From: Verrucomicrobiales bacterium
GTDB lineage: Bacteria > Verrucomicrobiota > Verrucomicrobiia > Verrucomicrobiales > V1-33
Assembly: GCA_031411295.1 (NCBI GenBank)
Contig: JANOAV010000087.1
Location: 114,362 to 178,361, forward strand
Length of the DNA: 64,000 bases
Direction: 5' to 3'
Part shown: positions 10,179 to 19,890 of the stretch, in pieces
Layout of the letters: every line of letters begins with the position of its first letter
Numbering within the stretch: the stretch's first letter is position 1
Position numbers and translations under genes: made by a program
Notes under the pieces: model-generated
Told to the model about the DNA's origin: nothing
Seen by the model: only the letters and a program-made list of their open reading frames with translations
Databases searched by the model: none

Positions 10179-11105
10179 ATGCGCAAACTCAGCTCCATTG
10201 CCCCCGACTGGTGGGACTACACCACGCTTGATACCTCCATCATCCAAGAGGCGGCGGCTCTGACGATGCGGGATGTCGAGCAACTCTCCCGCCCTGGCTT
10301 CAAGGTCGTAATGTATGACACCCTGGAAGATTTTTATTGTGCGGAAGCGCTGGAATACATCGTCGCCTGGCGTCAGGCCACGGCGGACAATCCCGTGGGA
10401 GTCTGCGGGCCCATCGGTCCCACCGAACAGTTGCCATTAGTAGCGCGGATGGTGAATGAACTAGGATTGAAGCTGCACGACGCGCATTTCTGGGGCATGG
10501 ATGAATGGCATGACGGGGAGAAGGAAACTCCGGTCACCCATCCGTTGTCCTTTGAGCGCTGTGATCGGGAAATGTTATTCAATCACATTCATCAGGACCT
10601 GATGATGCCGGAAGCCCAGCTGCATTTCCCTAAAGCGGATGTTTCCGCCTATCGTCAAAGTTGGGAGGGCGTGCGCTGCGCCCTCATGCAAGGCGGCCAG
10701 GGCGAAGTGAAGCACTGGGCCTTCAATGATCCCGTGCGACGCACCGGAGCCTATCAAACCGCTCCTCCGACCCCGGCCGAGTATCGCCAACTCGCCACGC
10801 GCGTGGTCGATCTGCACCCGGTAACGCTGATGCAGAATGCCCGCACGTCTGGTGGTGGCAATATCACGATGGTGCCCACGAAAGCCATTACCGTTGGCCC
10901 GCAGGAAACTTGGCGGGCGGAGAAAGTCAGCATTTGGCAAGCCGGAACCCACGATAACCCACTGGGCCAGCGTCTCACCGCGTTGATGATCTCAAAGCAT
11001 CTGGAAGACTCCGCGGTGCCCATGTCCCTGCTGGCCTCACACCCGAACGTGCAGTTCAATTACTTCCGTGGGGGACTGGGATCGTGCTCCACGGAGATGC
11101 ACTGA
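10179..11105 (+). CDS. Glucosamine-6-phosphate isomerase/deaminase-like (NagB superfamily) protein
   Basis: [48 protein letters not shown]. Confidence 0.8.
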   Translation: MRKLSSIAPDWWDYTTLDTSIIQEAAALTMRDVEQLSRPGFKVVMYDTLEDFYCAEALEYIVAWRQATADNPVGVCGPIGPTEQLPLVARMVNELGLKLHDAHFWGMDEWHDGEKETPVTHPLSFERCDREMLFNHIHQDLMMPEAQLHFPKADVSAYRQSWEGVRCALMQGGQGEVKHWAFNDPVRRTGAYQTAPPTPAEYRQLATRVVDLHPVTLMQNARTSGGGNITMVPTKAITVGPQETWRAEKVSIWQAGTHDNPLGQRLTALMISKHLEDSAVPMSLLASHPNVQFNYFRGGLGSCSTEMH

Positions 11106-11196
11106 GCAGTTTGACTAGGGGAAACGCTGATGCGGCGGAGCTGACAGTAAATGCTCTGGACGCTGCGCGGGCGGTTGCTTAGACTGGCGGCACCTT

Positions 11197-14100
11197 ATGA
11201 AAATCAAACGTTTCCCCCTGGCGGTGGGCTTCTTGGGGCTGGGATTGCTGTGGTATTTTTGGCCACAGCATTCTAATCAGCCTGAACCCAACGCTGTTTC
11301 CACCGCTGCTTGTGCCCGCTGCGGGGCCGCTCCTGCGTCTCCAGCCATGACTGCGCCAGTTGCGGGAGCGGGTGCGGAGTCCCTCATGGCGGAGTTTCCA
11401 CGGCCGCTGGAACGTTGGGCCACGACCCCTGCGGAACCGGCGTTTGCAGCGTTCAAAGCATGGTCGGATCGGTGGTTGAGCGCGTCGCAAGGTTCGGCTG
11501 AATTACTGCAGGAAGGCGTGGCCCTGGCGGCCGCGCGCCAGCGAGCCCTGGCCGATCTCATGCAAGGTCGATCCGAGCGGGCGCTGGAGTTGTCCATCCC
11601 CACGGTGGTGGCGAAAAAATTACCGAACGAGGTGCGAGCCTATTTGGAAGAACCGATCAATGCCCGGGGTAATCTGGAAGTCATTGCCGCGGTTCCGCTC
11701 ACGGCCAATGCGGACTCGGTAGCCTCCATGGCGCGTCGGGCCACGATTGAGGGGCGGCAGTTCCACGTCTTCGTAAGTGGAGCGGGCGAGGGTTTCATCA
11801 CCAAGTCTAACGTGGCGCTGAATGGCATCGCCCTGCCTGCCAGTGCCGGCACGAATCCGCCGGACCGCTCGATTGTCAGTGCGGAAAATTTACTGGCACT
11901 GTCCTCGCAAGTGGCGCGTCGGCTTGATGTGGAGGAGGTGGATGCAGCCTTGCAGGAGGATGCTGCGGCCCCGGTCTGCCCTACTTCGGAGCAGCCTGTA
12001 ACCGTGAATCATGAGGCGGATGGATTGCAGATCGGTGGGGAAATCAAGCTTTACTGCGGGCCGCGTCACGTTATGGCAGCGGCGGCCAGCCTAACGGCGG
12101 CGGAAAATTTAACCACTGCCAGCGCGCCCATCGCTGGCGGCACGGACCCGGGAGTGATTGCAAATTTCGGAACCATCACGAACACCTACACTCAGGGCTA
12201 CAAGCGGCTGTTGATCCTGCGCGTGGATTTCCCGGATGCCACAGGCGAAGGCCAGACCATCACGGCGGCGGCGGCCACCACGTTGCTGGCGGATCTGCGA
12301 TCCTACACGCATTTAATGTCTTATGGCACCCATGAATTGGCTCCCATGGGGCCGAACGGATCCAACTTCACGCCTGTGTTGCGTATGGGCAGCAATGCTT
12401 CCGCCTATGATAATGCGGGCTTGGATAAACTCTACCCGGAAGCCAAAAGTAAGGCTGCGGCCGCGGGGTTTGATCTCGCCAAGTATGATTGGTTCGGCGT
12501 GTTTACCAATGGCAAGCCCGCGGCTGGCTACGCGGGCTTGGCGTGGGTGGGTGGGGTGGGCTTTCACATGGCCAACGGCTATTTTTCCAAGCACGTGACC
12601 ACACATGAATTCGGCCATAACCTGGGGTTGCCGCACGCGCATCGTTGGGACACCACGAACGGCTCCATCATCGGTGGCGGCACCCAGGTGGAATATGGCA
12701 ATCCCTATGATCCCATTGGGGCCACCTATGATGGCATTCCAGGCGAGAAACATTATGTGGGAGGTTACAAGAAATATCTTGGTTGGATTCCCGATGCCGA
12801 TGCTCCTCAAGTCACCAGCGGGCAATATCGGCTGGCCACATCCGACGATGTGCACTCGCTGGGAACGCGTCTGCTGCGAGTGCCGAAGGACTCACGGAAA
12901 TATTGGATCGAGTATCGGCAGGGTCTCACCGACGCGTTGCTGAATCGAGCGGTCTTCCTGCAATGGGGCAATACCGATGGGCGGGAGAACAGCATTCTAG
13001 ATGCGCGTCCGGGCAGCAACGGCACTGCGATCACGATTGGCAAAACGTTCTCCGATCCTGCGGCCAATGGTGGCGCTGGAATCCATGTCACGCCCATAGG
13101 CTTGGCGGGAACCTCTCCCGAGGCAATGGATGTCTATGTGCAAGTGGGCGTAGCGGCGGGAAATCTACCTCCCACCGCCAGCATCATCGCCAGCACCACG
13201 GCAGTGCCCGCCCAGCCCACCGTAGCGCCCTTTCCAGGCCCGGTAATTTTCTCCGTGGAAGCGACGGATCCCAACAATGACAAGTTGGCCTACGCTTGGG
13301 ATTTCGGGGACGGCAACATCAGCCTGGATAATCTACCCACGCAATCCCACACCTACAGCACCACGGGCGAATACGTGGCGCAGGTTACGGTCAGCGATAT
13401 GAAGGGTGGAGCCGCACGTGATACGGTGATTATTCGGGTGGAAAATCCCACGAACTTCCGCATCTCCGGCCGGGTGTTGGATACCACGAACGCTCCCGTG
13501 GGAGGCATTCGCCTAACCGCTACCAAAGGCACGGAATCCCATAGCGTGCATACGGATGGCGATGGCACTTACACCATTCCCAACCTAACTGCAGGGGCTT
13601 GGACTGTGACCCCATTTGAAGAAGTGGGCGAACGCTACAATTTCGTGGCCCCGTTCTTTACCAATCCGGTCACCATCGGGCCGAATTTTTCCACGGCTGA
13701 CTTCATCGCCTCCATTGGGCCCAGCGAGACGCTCACGGCTCTGGTGGCTACGAAGAGCACGTGGAAATATTTCGATACTGGTGCCGAGCCAGCGGCCGGC
13801 TGGCAGTTGGCGACGTTTGATGACAGCGCCTGGGCCAGTGGAATTGGAGTGTTAGGTTACGGCAACGAGACCGGTCAGGACACCACCATACCCTACGGCG
13901 GTAATGCCGCTGCGAAATGGATTTCCTATTATTTCCGCAAGACCTTCAACGTCACCAATAAAGCCCTCTTCACCAGCATGCGGCTGCACACCCTGCGGGA
14001 CGACGGGGTGGTGGTCTATTTGAATGGGGTGGAAATCTTCCGTGATAACATTGTCGCAGGGACGCCAACTTACAACACGTTCGCGACCGATTCCACCGAG

Positions 14101-16884
14101 CCGGGAGCGTATCTGGATGTAAATCTACCGCTGGATAATTTGCTGGATGGCAGCAACATTCTCACGGCGGAAGTGCACCAATCCACTTTGGGCAGCTCTG
14201 ACTTGGCGTTCGATTGCGCGCTGGATGGGGTGGCTCCGCTGGGCGGTGCGGGCACGATGATTCTCGCGCTAACGAGCCCCAAAGCTACGCAGCCGATTAC
14301 CACGGCCACCACCACCTTGCCGCTAACGGCCACCGCCCAAGTAAAAGACGGCACCATTACCAAGGTGGCATTTTACGTGGACGGCACCAATATTGGCGAG
14401 GACACGACCGCGCCTTACGCCTTCGATTGGACCACGGTGAGTGCGGGAGCGCATACCCTGAAATGCATCGCCACGTTGGGTGATGCGACCACGGAAACTT
14501 CCGCCAATGTCGTCATCAATGTAACTGCCCCGCCCCAATCACTCATTGCGGGCACGGACACTTGGAAATATTTAGCCGCGGCCACTGCTCCCGCCGCCAC
14601 TTGGAACACACCCGCCTTCGTTGATACCGCATGGTTGACAGCGTCAGGACAGATTGGCGCAGGTGATGCTAGCATTACTTCCACCATCAATCTCGGCCCC
14701 AGCACTGCGCGCTATCCCGCCATTTACTTCCGGAAGAATTTCAATGTGGTGGATCCTGCCGCCATCAATTCGTTGCTCGCTCAAGTGATTAGAGATGACG
14801 GAGTGGTGGTCTATCTCAACGGAATCGAAGTGTATCGGGACAATATGCCGACAGGCTCCATCGCTTACGCCACCTTGGCCGCAGCCTCTGGCTCTGATTA
14901 CACTGAAGGAGTGCCTCATTCCTTCTCCATCGATAAGTCACTCCTGGTTCCGGGAAATAACGTGCTGGCCGCCGAGGTGCATCAATCCTCCGCTACTAGT
15001 TCGGATTTGCGTTTCCAATTCTGGCTGGATGCTGCTGGCACCACCGCCGCCGCGCGTGGAATCACTCTTTCCGGACCAGCCACCGTGACTTCTCCGGCCG
15101 TCGTCAACCTCACCACCAATGTGGTGGCAGGTGGCACCTTGAGCGTCAGCAAGGTCGAATTTTACGAAGGTGCGACCAAGCTGGGCACGGATACCAGTTA
15201 TCCCTTTACGTTCACCTGGAGCAATCCGGCAGTCGGTTCGCACACGCTGAGTGCCATCGCCACGGATTCCGCCAACGCCACGATGACGAGTAATAATTTC
15301 ACGGTCAATGTGCTGCCACCGCTGCGCAGCACGGCCCTGATTAGCTTTGGCGACAGTTGGAAATTCCTCGACACCGGAGTTGCTCCAGCCAGCACCTGGA
15401 CCGCCCGCACGGGATTCGACGAATCCGCCTGGCAGGCCGGCAACAGCAAACTGGGCTACGGGGGCGATGGCGAAATCACGATGATCAACCACGGCAATGA
15501 GCCGAATGCGAAATTCATCACCACGTGGTTCCGTAAGACCTTCAATGTCACCAATGCCGCCAGTTTCTCCCAACTGCTGCTGCGGTTGGTGCGGGACGAT
15601 GGTGCAGTGGTCTATTTAAATGGTCAGGAAATCTTCCGCAGCAATCTCCCTGCGGGCGCGATCACGCCCACCACGCTGGCGGCGGCGGAACCGTTCGAAC
15701 TCATTCCGGTCGAAGTAACCGTTCCATCCACCGCGCTGGTTACGGGGGCCAATGTGCTCGCAGTGGAAATCCACCAAGCCAGCGCGAACAGCAGCGACCT
15801 GGCGATGAACTGCGAATTGATCGGCCAGAGCCTGGGCTCCAGTTCCTTTTATTTCACCAATCCAGCGACCAGCCAACTCATGAGTGCAGCGGTGGATGTG
15901 CCACTGACGGTATCCCTCCCCGCCGGACTGGGCACGGCTGCCAAGGTGGAATACTTTGCTGGCACGGCTAAGATTGGTGAAGCCACCACAGCACCGTTCG
16001 CCTTGACCTGGACCACTCCACTGGTAGGATCGTATGCCCTCACGGCCAAGGCCACCTTGAGCAACGGAACTACGAGCACCACGCCCGCCGTAACCATTAC
16101 GATTGATTCCGCTCACACCAGCACGACCTTCGTAACCACTGGCAGCACTTGGAAATATTTGGATACCGGAGCGGCCCCCGCGGCTAATTGGCAGGCAGTT
16201 AGCTTCGACGACAGCACGTGGGATTCAGGCGCAGCGAAGCTGGGTTTCGGGGCTGATGGGGAAATTACCGCTGTGGAATCAGGTGCGGTTGCCTACTATT
16301 TCCGCCATGCCTTCAACGTTCCCGCTGGGGCCAGCACTGCGTCTGTCAGGCTGCGCTTCCAACGGGACGATGGGGTGATTTTTTATATCGATGGCGTGGA
16401 AATCGCGCGCAATAACATGCCCGCCGGAACCGTGACGGCCACCACCCTAGCCTCCGCCACGGTGCCGGATGAGTTGGCTTGGATCACGGTCCAGCTGACC
16501 GCCACCGGTATAGCCACCCTCACTCCCGGGAACCACGTGCTGTCTGCCGAAGTGCACCAATCCAGCCTCACCAGCAGTGATCTTGGTTTCGATGCGGAAC
16601 TGGTTGGGTTCGGCACGGACGCCAGCGTCATCGCCAACGTCCAACCAACCATCATGCCCAAATTTGGCATCGATAACGCTGGCGTGCCTGTAGGGCAGTA
16701 TCGGCTGAATTTCGCGGACGCCACCGACGGCCGACTCTACCAGATCCAATGCAGCACCGACATGGCAACCTGGATCCCCTACAGCTACGAATTCGTCCGC
16801 AGCGGCAGCGTGCAAGTTCCGATCACTCCAGCGGGTGCGCCCAAGCGGTTCTATCGTGCGAAATGGATTCCTGCGCTGCCGTGA
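11197..16884 (+). CDS. Large secreted M11/metzincin-like metallopeptidase with PKD, Ig-like domains and four repeated beta-sandwich modules
   Basis: HEFGHNLGLPHA zinc motif followed by EYGNPYDPIG, PKD YAWDFGDG, 4x 'WKY.D.G...F.DS.W...G.G...YFRK.F...RDDG...Y.NG.E...AEVHQ...SSDL', and Ig 'KVEFY.G...G....P[YF]...W'. Confidence 0.85.
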   Translation: MKIKRFPLAVGFLGLGLLWYFWPQHSNQPEPNAVSTAACARCGAAPASPAMTAPVAGAGAESLMAEFPRPLERWATTPAEPAFAAFKAWSDRWLSASQGSAELLQEGVALAAARQRALADLMQGRSERALELSIPTVVAKKLPNEVRAYLEEPINARGNLEVIAAVPLTANADSVASMARRATIEGRQFHVFVSGAGEGFITKSNVALNGIALPASAGTNPPDRSIVSAENLLALSSQVARRLDVEEVDAALQEDAAAPVCPTSEQPVTVNHEADGLQIGGEIKLYCGPRHVMAAAASLTAAENLTTASAPIAGGTDPGVIANFGTITNTYTQGYKRLLILRVDFPDATGEGQTITAAAATTLLADLRSYTHLMSYGTHELAPMGPNGSNFTPVLRMGSNASAYDNAGLDKLYPEAKSKAAAAGFDLAKYDWFGVFTNGKPAAGYAGLAWVGGVGFHMANGYFSKHVTTHEFGHNLGLPHAHRWDTTNGSIIGGGTQVEYGNPYDPIGATYDGIPGEKHYVGGYKKYLGWIPDADAPQVTSGQYRLATSDDVHSLGTRLLRVPKDSRKYWIEYRQGLTDALLNRAVFLQWGNTDGRENSILDARPGSNGTAITIGKTFSDPAANGGAGIHVTPIGLAGTSPEAMDVYVQVGVAAGNLPPTASIIASTTAVPAQPTVAPFPGPVIFSVEATDPNNDKLAYAWDFGDGNISLDNLPTQSHTYSTTGEYVAQVTVSDMKGGAARDTVIIRVENPTNFRISGRVLDTTNAPVGGIRLTATKGTESHSVHTDGDGTYTIPNLTAGAWTVTPFEEVGERYNFVAPFFTNPVTIGPNFSTADFIASIGPSETLTALVATKSTWKYFDTGAEPAAGWQLATFDDSAWASGIGVLGYGNETGQDTTIPYGGNAAAKWISYYFRKTFNVTNKALFTSMRLHTLRDDGVVVYLNGVEIFRDNIVAGTPTYNTFATDSTEPGAYLDVNLPLDNLLDGSNILTAEVHQSTLGSSDLAFDCALDGVAPLGGAGTMILALTSPKATQPITTATTTLPLTATAQVKDGTITKVAFYVDGTNIGEDTTAPYAFDWTTVSAGAHTLKCIATLGDATTETSANVVINVTAPPQSLIAGTDTWKYLAAATAPAATWNTPAFVDTAWLTASGQIGAGDASITSTINLGPSTARYPAIYFRKNFNVVDPAAINSLLAQVIRDDGVVVYLNGIEVYRDNMPTGSIAYATLAAASGSDYTEGVPHSFSIDKSLLVPGNNVLAAEVHQSSATSSDLRFQFWLDAAGTTAAARGITLSGPATVTSPAVVNLTTNVVAGGTLSVSKVEFYEGATKLGTDTSYPFTFTWSNPAVGSHTLSAIATDSANATMTSNNFTVNVLPPLRSTALISFGDSWKFLDTGVAPASTWTARTGFDESAWQAGNSKLGYGGDGEITMINHGNEPNAKFITTWFRKTFNVTNAASFSQLLLRLVRDDGAVVYLNGQEIFRSNLPAGAITPTTLAAAEPFELIPVEVTVPSTALVTGANVLAVEIHQASANSSDLAMNCELIGQSLGSSSFYFTNPATSQLMSAAVDVPLTVSLPAGLGTAAKVEYFAGTAKIGEATTAPFALTWTTPLVGSYALTAKATLSNGTTSTTPAVTITIDSAHTSTTFVTTGSTWKYLDTGAAPAANWQAVSFDDSTWDSGAAKLGFGADGEITAVESGAVAYYFRHAFNVPAGASTASVRLRFQRDDGVIFYIDGVEIARNNMPAGTVTATTLASATVPDELAWITVQLTATGIATLTPGNHVLSAEVHQSSLTSSDLGFDAELVGFGTDASVIANVQPTIMPKFGIDNAGVPVGQYRLNFADATDGRLYQIQCSTDMATWIPYSYEFVRSGSVQVPITPAGAPKRFYRAKWIPALP

Positions 16885-16885
16885 T

Positions 16886-17815
16886 TTAGGCTAGGGAGAA
16901 ATAATCCTCACTCTGATAGTTGCCATCCTTGAGCTTGGCAATTTGCAGGGTGACATCCGTCAGCAGACTGCTGGCCCCGAAGCGGAAGAGGTCCGGGGTG
17001 AGCCAGGTGTCACCCAGGGTTTCCTTGACCATGACGAGGTAGTGGAGGGCTTCTTTGGCTTTGCGAATGCCGCCCGCAGGCTTCATCCCGATGATCTGGC
17101 CCGTGGCGTAATAGAAATCGCGAATCGCTTCCAGCATCACTAACGTGACCGGCATGGTGGCCGCCGGGGAGACCTTGCCAGTGCTGGTCTTGATGAAATG
17201 ACCACCGGCACGCATCGCAATTTCACTGGCGAGCCGGACGTTGTCGTAGGTCTTGAGTTCGCCCGTTTCCAGAATGACTTTTAAATGAGCTGCGCCACAG
17301 GCTTCGCGCGTGGCGGCAATTTCGTCGAAAACTAAATTGTAGTCGCCCCGCAGGAAAGCACCCCGATCAATCACCATGTCAATTTCATCCGCGCCATCCT
17401 CCACGGCGGAGCGGACTTCGGCCAATTTGGTGACCAGTGGAGCCTGCCCACTGGGGAAGGCGGTGGCCACACTAGCCAAGTGAATCTTGGTGCCAGCCAA
17501 CAATGGCTTGGCGTGGCGGACTAAGTTGGGATAGACGCACACTGCGGCGGTGGAGGGACATTCGTAGCGTGCGGGCATGGGAGACCGGGCCTTGGCACAG
17601 AGGTGGGCGATCTTGCCCGGGGTGTCTGCCCCTTCCAACGTGGTGAGGTCCATCATGGCCACCGCAAGCTTGAGTCCCGCCAGCTTCGCCTCGTTTTTGA
17701 TGCTGCGGGTGGTGAAACTTTTCGCCCGCTCCTCGACCATGATTTGATCCACGGTGGGGACGGAGAATTTCGCGGAGCGTCGGGAGTTTGGTTTGGCAGG
17801 CAGAAGCAGTTCCAT
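16886..17815 (-). CDS. deoC: Deoxyribose-phosphate aldolase
   Basis: DLTTLEG, AAVCVYP, GADEIDMVI, LKVILETGEL, FIKTSTGK, KPAGGIR, RFGASSL. Start placed at MELLLP. Confidence 0.95.
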   Translation of the reverse strand: MELLLPAKPNSRRSAKFSVPTVDQIMVEERAKSFTTRSIKNEAKLAGLKLAVAMMDLTTLEGADTPGKIAHLCAKARSPMPARYECPSTAAVCVYPNLVRHAKPLLAGTKIHLASVATAFPSGQAPLVTKLAEVRSAVEDGADEIDMVIDRGAFLRGDYNLVFDEIAATREACGAAHLKVILETGELKTYDNVRLASEIAMRAGGHFIKTSTGKVSPAATMPVTLVMLEAIRDFYYATGQIIGMKPAGGIRKAKEALHYLVMVKETLGDTWLTPDLFRFGASSLLTDVTLQIAKLKDGNYQSEDYFSLA

Positions 17816-17834
17816 GGGGCTTTTTAGAATAATG

Positions 17835-18341
17835 TTAGTTGGCCGCAGGCTCGGTGGCTGGAGGGGCGGGAGCGGTGGGTTCGGCGGCAGTGGGTGGCGT
17901 GACGCGGTTCTTGAGCGCCTCGAGTTTCTCTTTGCTGGCGGCACCGAAGGATTTTACTTTCTCCAGGGCCTCCGCCGCCCGCTGCTTGGCAATTTCCTGC
18001 ATGGGCTTGGAAAATTCCGCAATTTTTGCGGTGTAGGCTTTGATTTCGTCGGGTTTCAATTTAGCCGCCCAGTCCCTGCCTTTGGCGGCAAATTCTCCTG
18101 CCTTGGCGAGCAGCGGCTGGAGCTTGGTCTTATCCGCGCTTTTCACGGCCTCCGCGAGTTGGCTGGCGAAGGCTTTGTATTCCGCGAGGAAGCTGGTGGC
18201 TCCGGGATCGCTGAATTTCTCCTCGGCGGCGGGTGGTGGCACCGGCACGGCGGGAACGACGGTGGCTTCGGGTTTCTTGTCACAAGCTGTGAGTGCAAGG
18301 CCGCAGGCACCAAGGAGGGCGGGTAGCAGAAAGAATTTCAT
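17835..18341 (-). CDS. Hypothetical lipoprotein
   Basis: Lipobox MKFFLLPALLGACGLALTA-C, followed by an Ala/Lys-rich helical body. Confidence 0.75.
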   Translation of the reverse strand: MKFFLLPALLGACGLALTACDKKPEATVVPAVPVPPPAAEEKFSDPGATSFLAEYKAFASQLAEAVKSADKTKLQPLLAKAGEFAAKGRDWAAKLKPDEIKAYTAKIAEFSKPMQEIAKQRAAEALEKVKSFGAASKEKLEALKNRVTPPTAAEPTAPAPPATEPAAN

Positions 18342-18542
18342 AGGATGGAAAAGCGGAGATGACAGGAAACGGAGCCCAGCGCTCAGTGCGCTGACTGGGT
18401 CAGTTATAAACGCTGGTGGCTTTTCGTCACGCGCATTTTCCGTCGGCGCGCGCGGTAAATTGACTTTCAGAAAAATTCGCCAATTCATTCTGAGGACGGT
18501 TTCTTACTTTCCTTTCCAAAATTTGTGGTTAAGCGTCTGGCC

Positions 18543-19787
18543 ATGCCAAGTGTTCCCATCACCATGCCCCAATTGGGCGAATCCATTGCCGAAGCTACCA
18601 TTATGCGTCTCGAGTTTGCCGTAGGCGAATTCGTCCCGGCGGATCAGGAAGTCATGGAGGTGGAGACCCAGAAGGCCGTGATGACGGTCACCACGCCCTG
18701 TGCGGGGAAAGTCACCGAATGGACCTGCCAGATTGGTCAGAGCTATGCCGTGGGGGAAGTGCTGGGCTTTTTGGATGTTACCGTGGAGGATGCCCAGCGC
18801 GCGGGGATCAAGCTGGAGGAAATCTCCCCGGCGGATACCACCCCGGCAGTGGTTGCACCGCAGGATGACGATGCGGCCAAATCTCACTTTAAGATCGACC
18901 ACGCGAACCAACTCAACGAGACGAGGCGAGTCGTGGAGCCTACGCTGAGTGGCCTGCCAGTGCCAGTGAATGCGACCGGGGCCAGCTACATTTCCCCCCG
19001 CATGCGAGCCCGGATGATGGAACTGGGACTCAACGCCAGCGATCTCGCTGGGGTGCCCGGCAGCGGAGCGGGCGGTCGGGTGACGGTGGAGGACTTCGAG
19101 GCGTTCATCCGCAAGTTGGATGAACACCGCATGACCCCAGCCAGCCCCATGCGGATTGCGGTGGCGGATTCCATGCGCCGCAGTTGGGCGCGCCCTCTGG
19201 CAACCGTGGGTTCGCCCATCGCGCTCGATAAAATGCTGGCCCACCGCAAAAGTCACGCCGAGCCACGTCCAGGTCCGGCTTTGTATATTATTCGAGCTTT
19301 GGCAATTGCGCTGGCGGAGAATACGGCGGTGGCCGGGCGCTTGGTAGGGGACCGCATCGTCCATCCCCAAGCCATCGATATTGGCTTTGCGGTGGAGGTG
19401 GATGATGGGGTGCTGGTCCCGGTTATCAAGGACGTGGACCAACGACCCCTGCGGGAAATGATCGTTTATTACAATGACCTGGTGGCGCGAGCCCGGACGC
19501 GAAAGCTTCCGCCAGAAGCCCGGGGACAGGGAATTGCCACCGTAACTAACTTCGGCACCTTCGGCATCGTTTGGGCCACGCCCATCCCGCTGCCAGAACA
19601 GAATCTGGTCCTCGGCCTGGGCGCAGGCCGCAAGCAGCCCGTCTGGGATGAGGCCACCAAGCAGTTTCTCCCGGTGGTCGAGGCGGAACTCACGTTGAGC
19701 TTTGATCACCGCGTCCTGGATGGCGGGGCAGCCGGCCGCTTGCTGACCCGCATTTCAGAGCTGCTGCAAACGCCGGAAACGCTCTGA
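18543..19787 (+). CDS. 2-oxo-acid dehydrogenase E2 (dihydrolipoamide acyltransferase) family
   Basis: Lipoyl domain MPQLGESIAEATI...EVETQKA, E3-binding GSGAGGRVT, catalytic LSFDHRVLDG. Confidence 0.92.
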   Translation: MPSVPITMPQLGESIAEATIMRLEFAVGEFVPADQEVMEVETQKAVMTVTTPCAGKVTEWTCQIGQSYAVGEVLGFLDVTVEDAQRAGIKLEEISPADTTPAVVAPQDDDAAKSHFKIDHANQLNETRRVVEPTLSGLPVPVNATGASYISPRMRARMMELGLNASDLAGVPGSGAGGRVTVEDFEAFIRKLDEHRMTPASPMRIAVADSMRRSWARPLATVGSPIALDKMLAHRKSHAEPRPGPALYIIRALAIALAENTAVAGRLVGDRIVHPQAIDIGFAVEVDDGVLVPVIKDVDQRPLREMIVYYNDLVARARTRKLPPEARGQGIATVTNFGTFGIVWATPIPLPEQNLVLGLGAGRKQPVWDEATKQFLPVVEAELTLSFDHRVLDGGAAGRLLTRISELLQTPETL

Positions 19788-19890
19788 CGTATTTCAGCCA
19801 ACCCTTGGTCAGGCTTGACCGAGGATGAAATTGCTGTTAACAATTCCTCATGTCCATGCAACCTTCCTCCACCGTGGTCCCATCGCCTTC

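Noticed and set aside
18504..19709. 401-aa antisense ORF
   Set aside because: It fully overlaps the well-supported E2 gene, has no motifs, and is typical of GC-rich codon-bias shadows.
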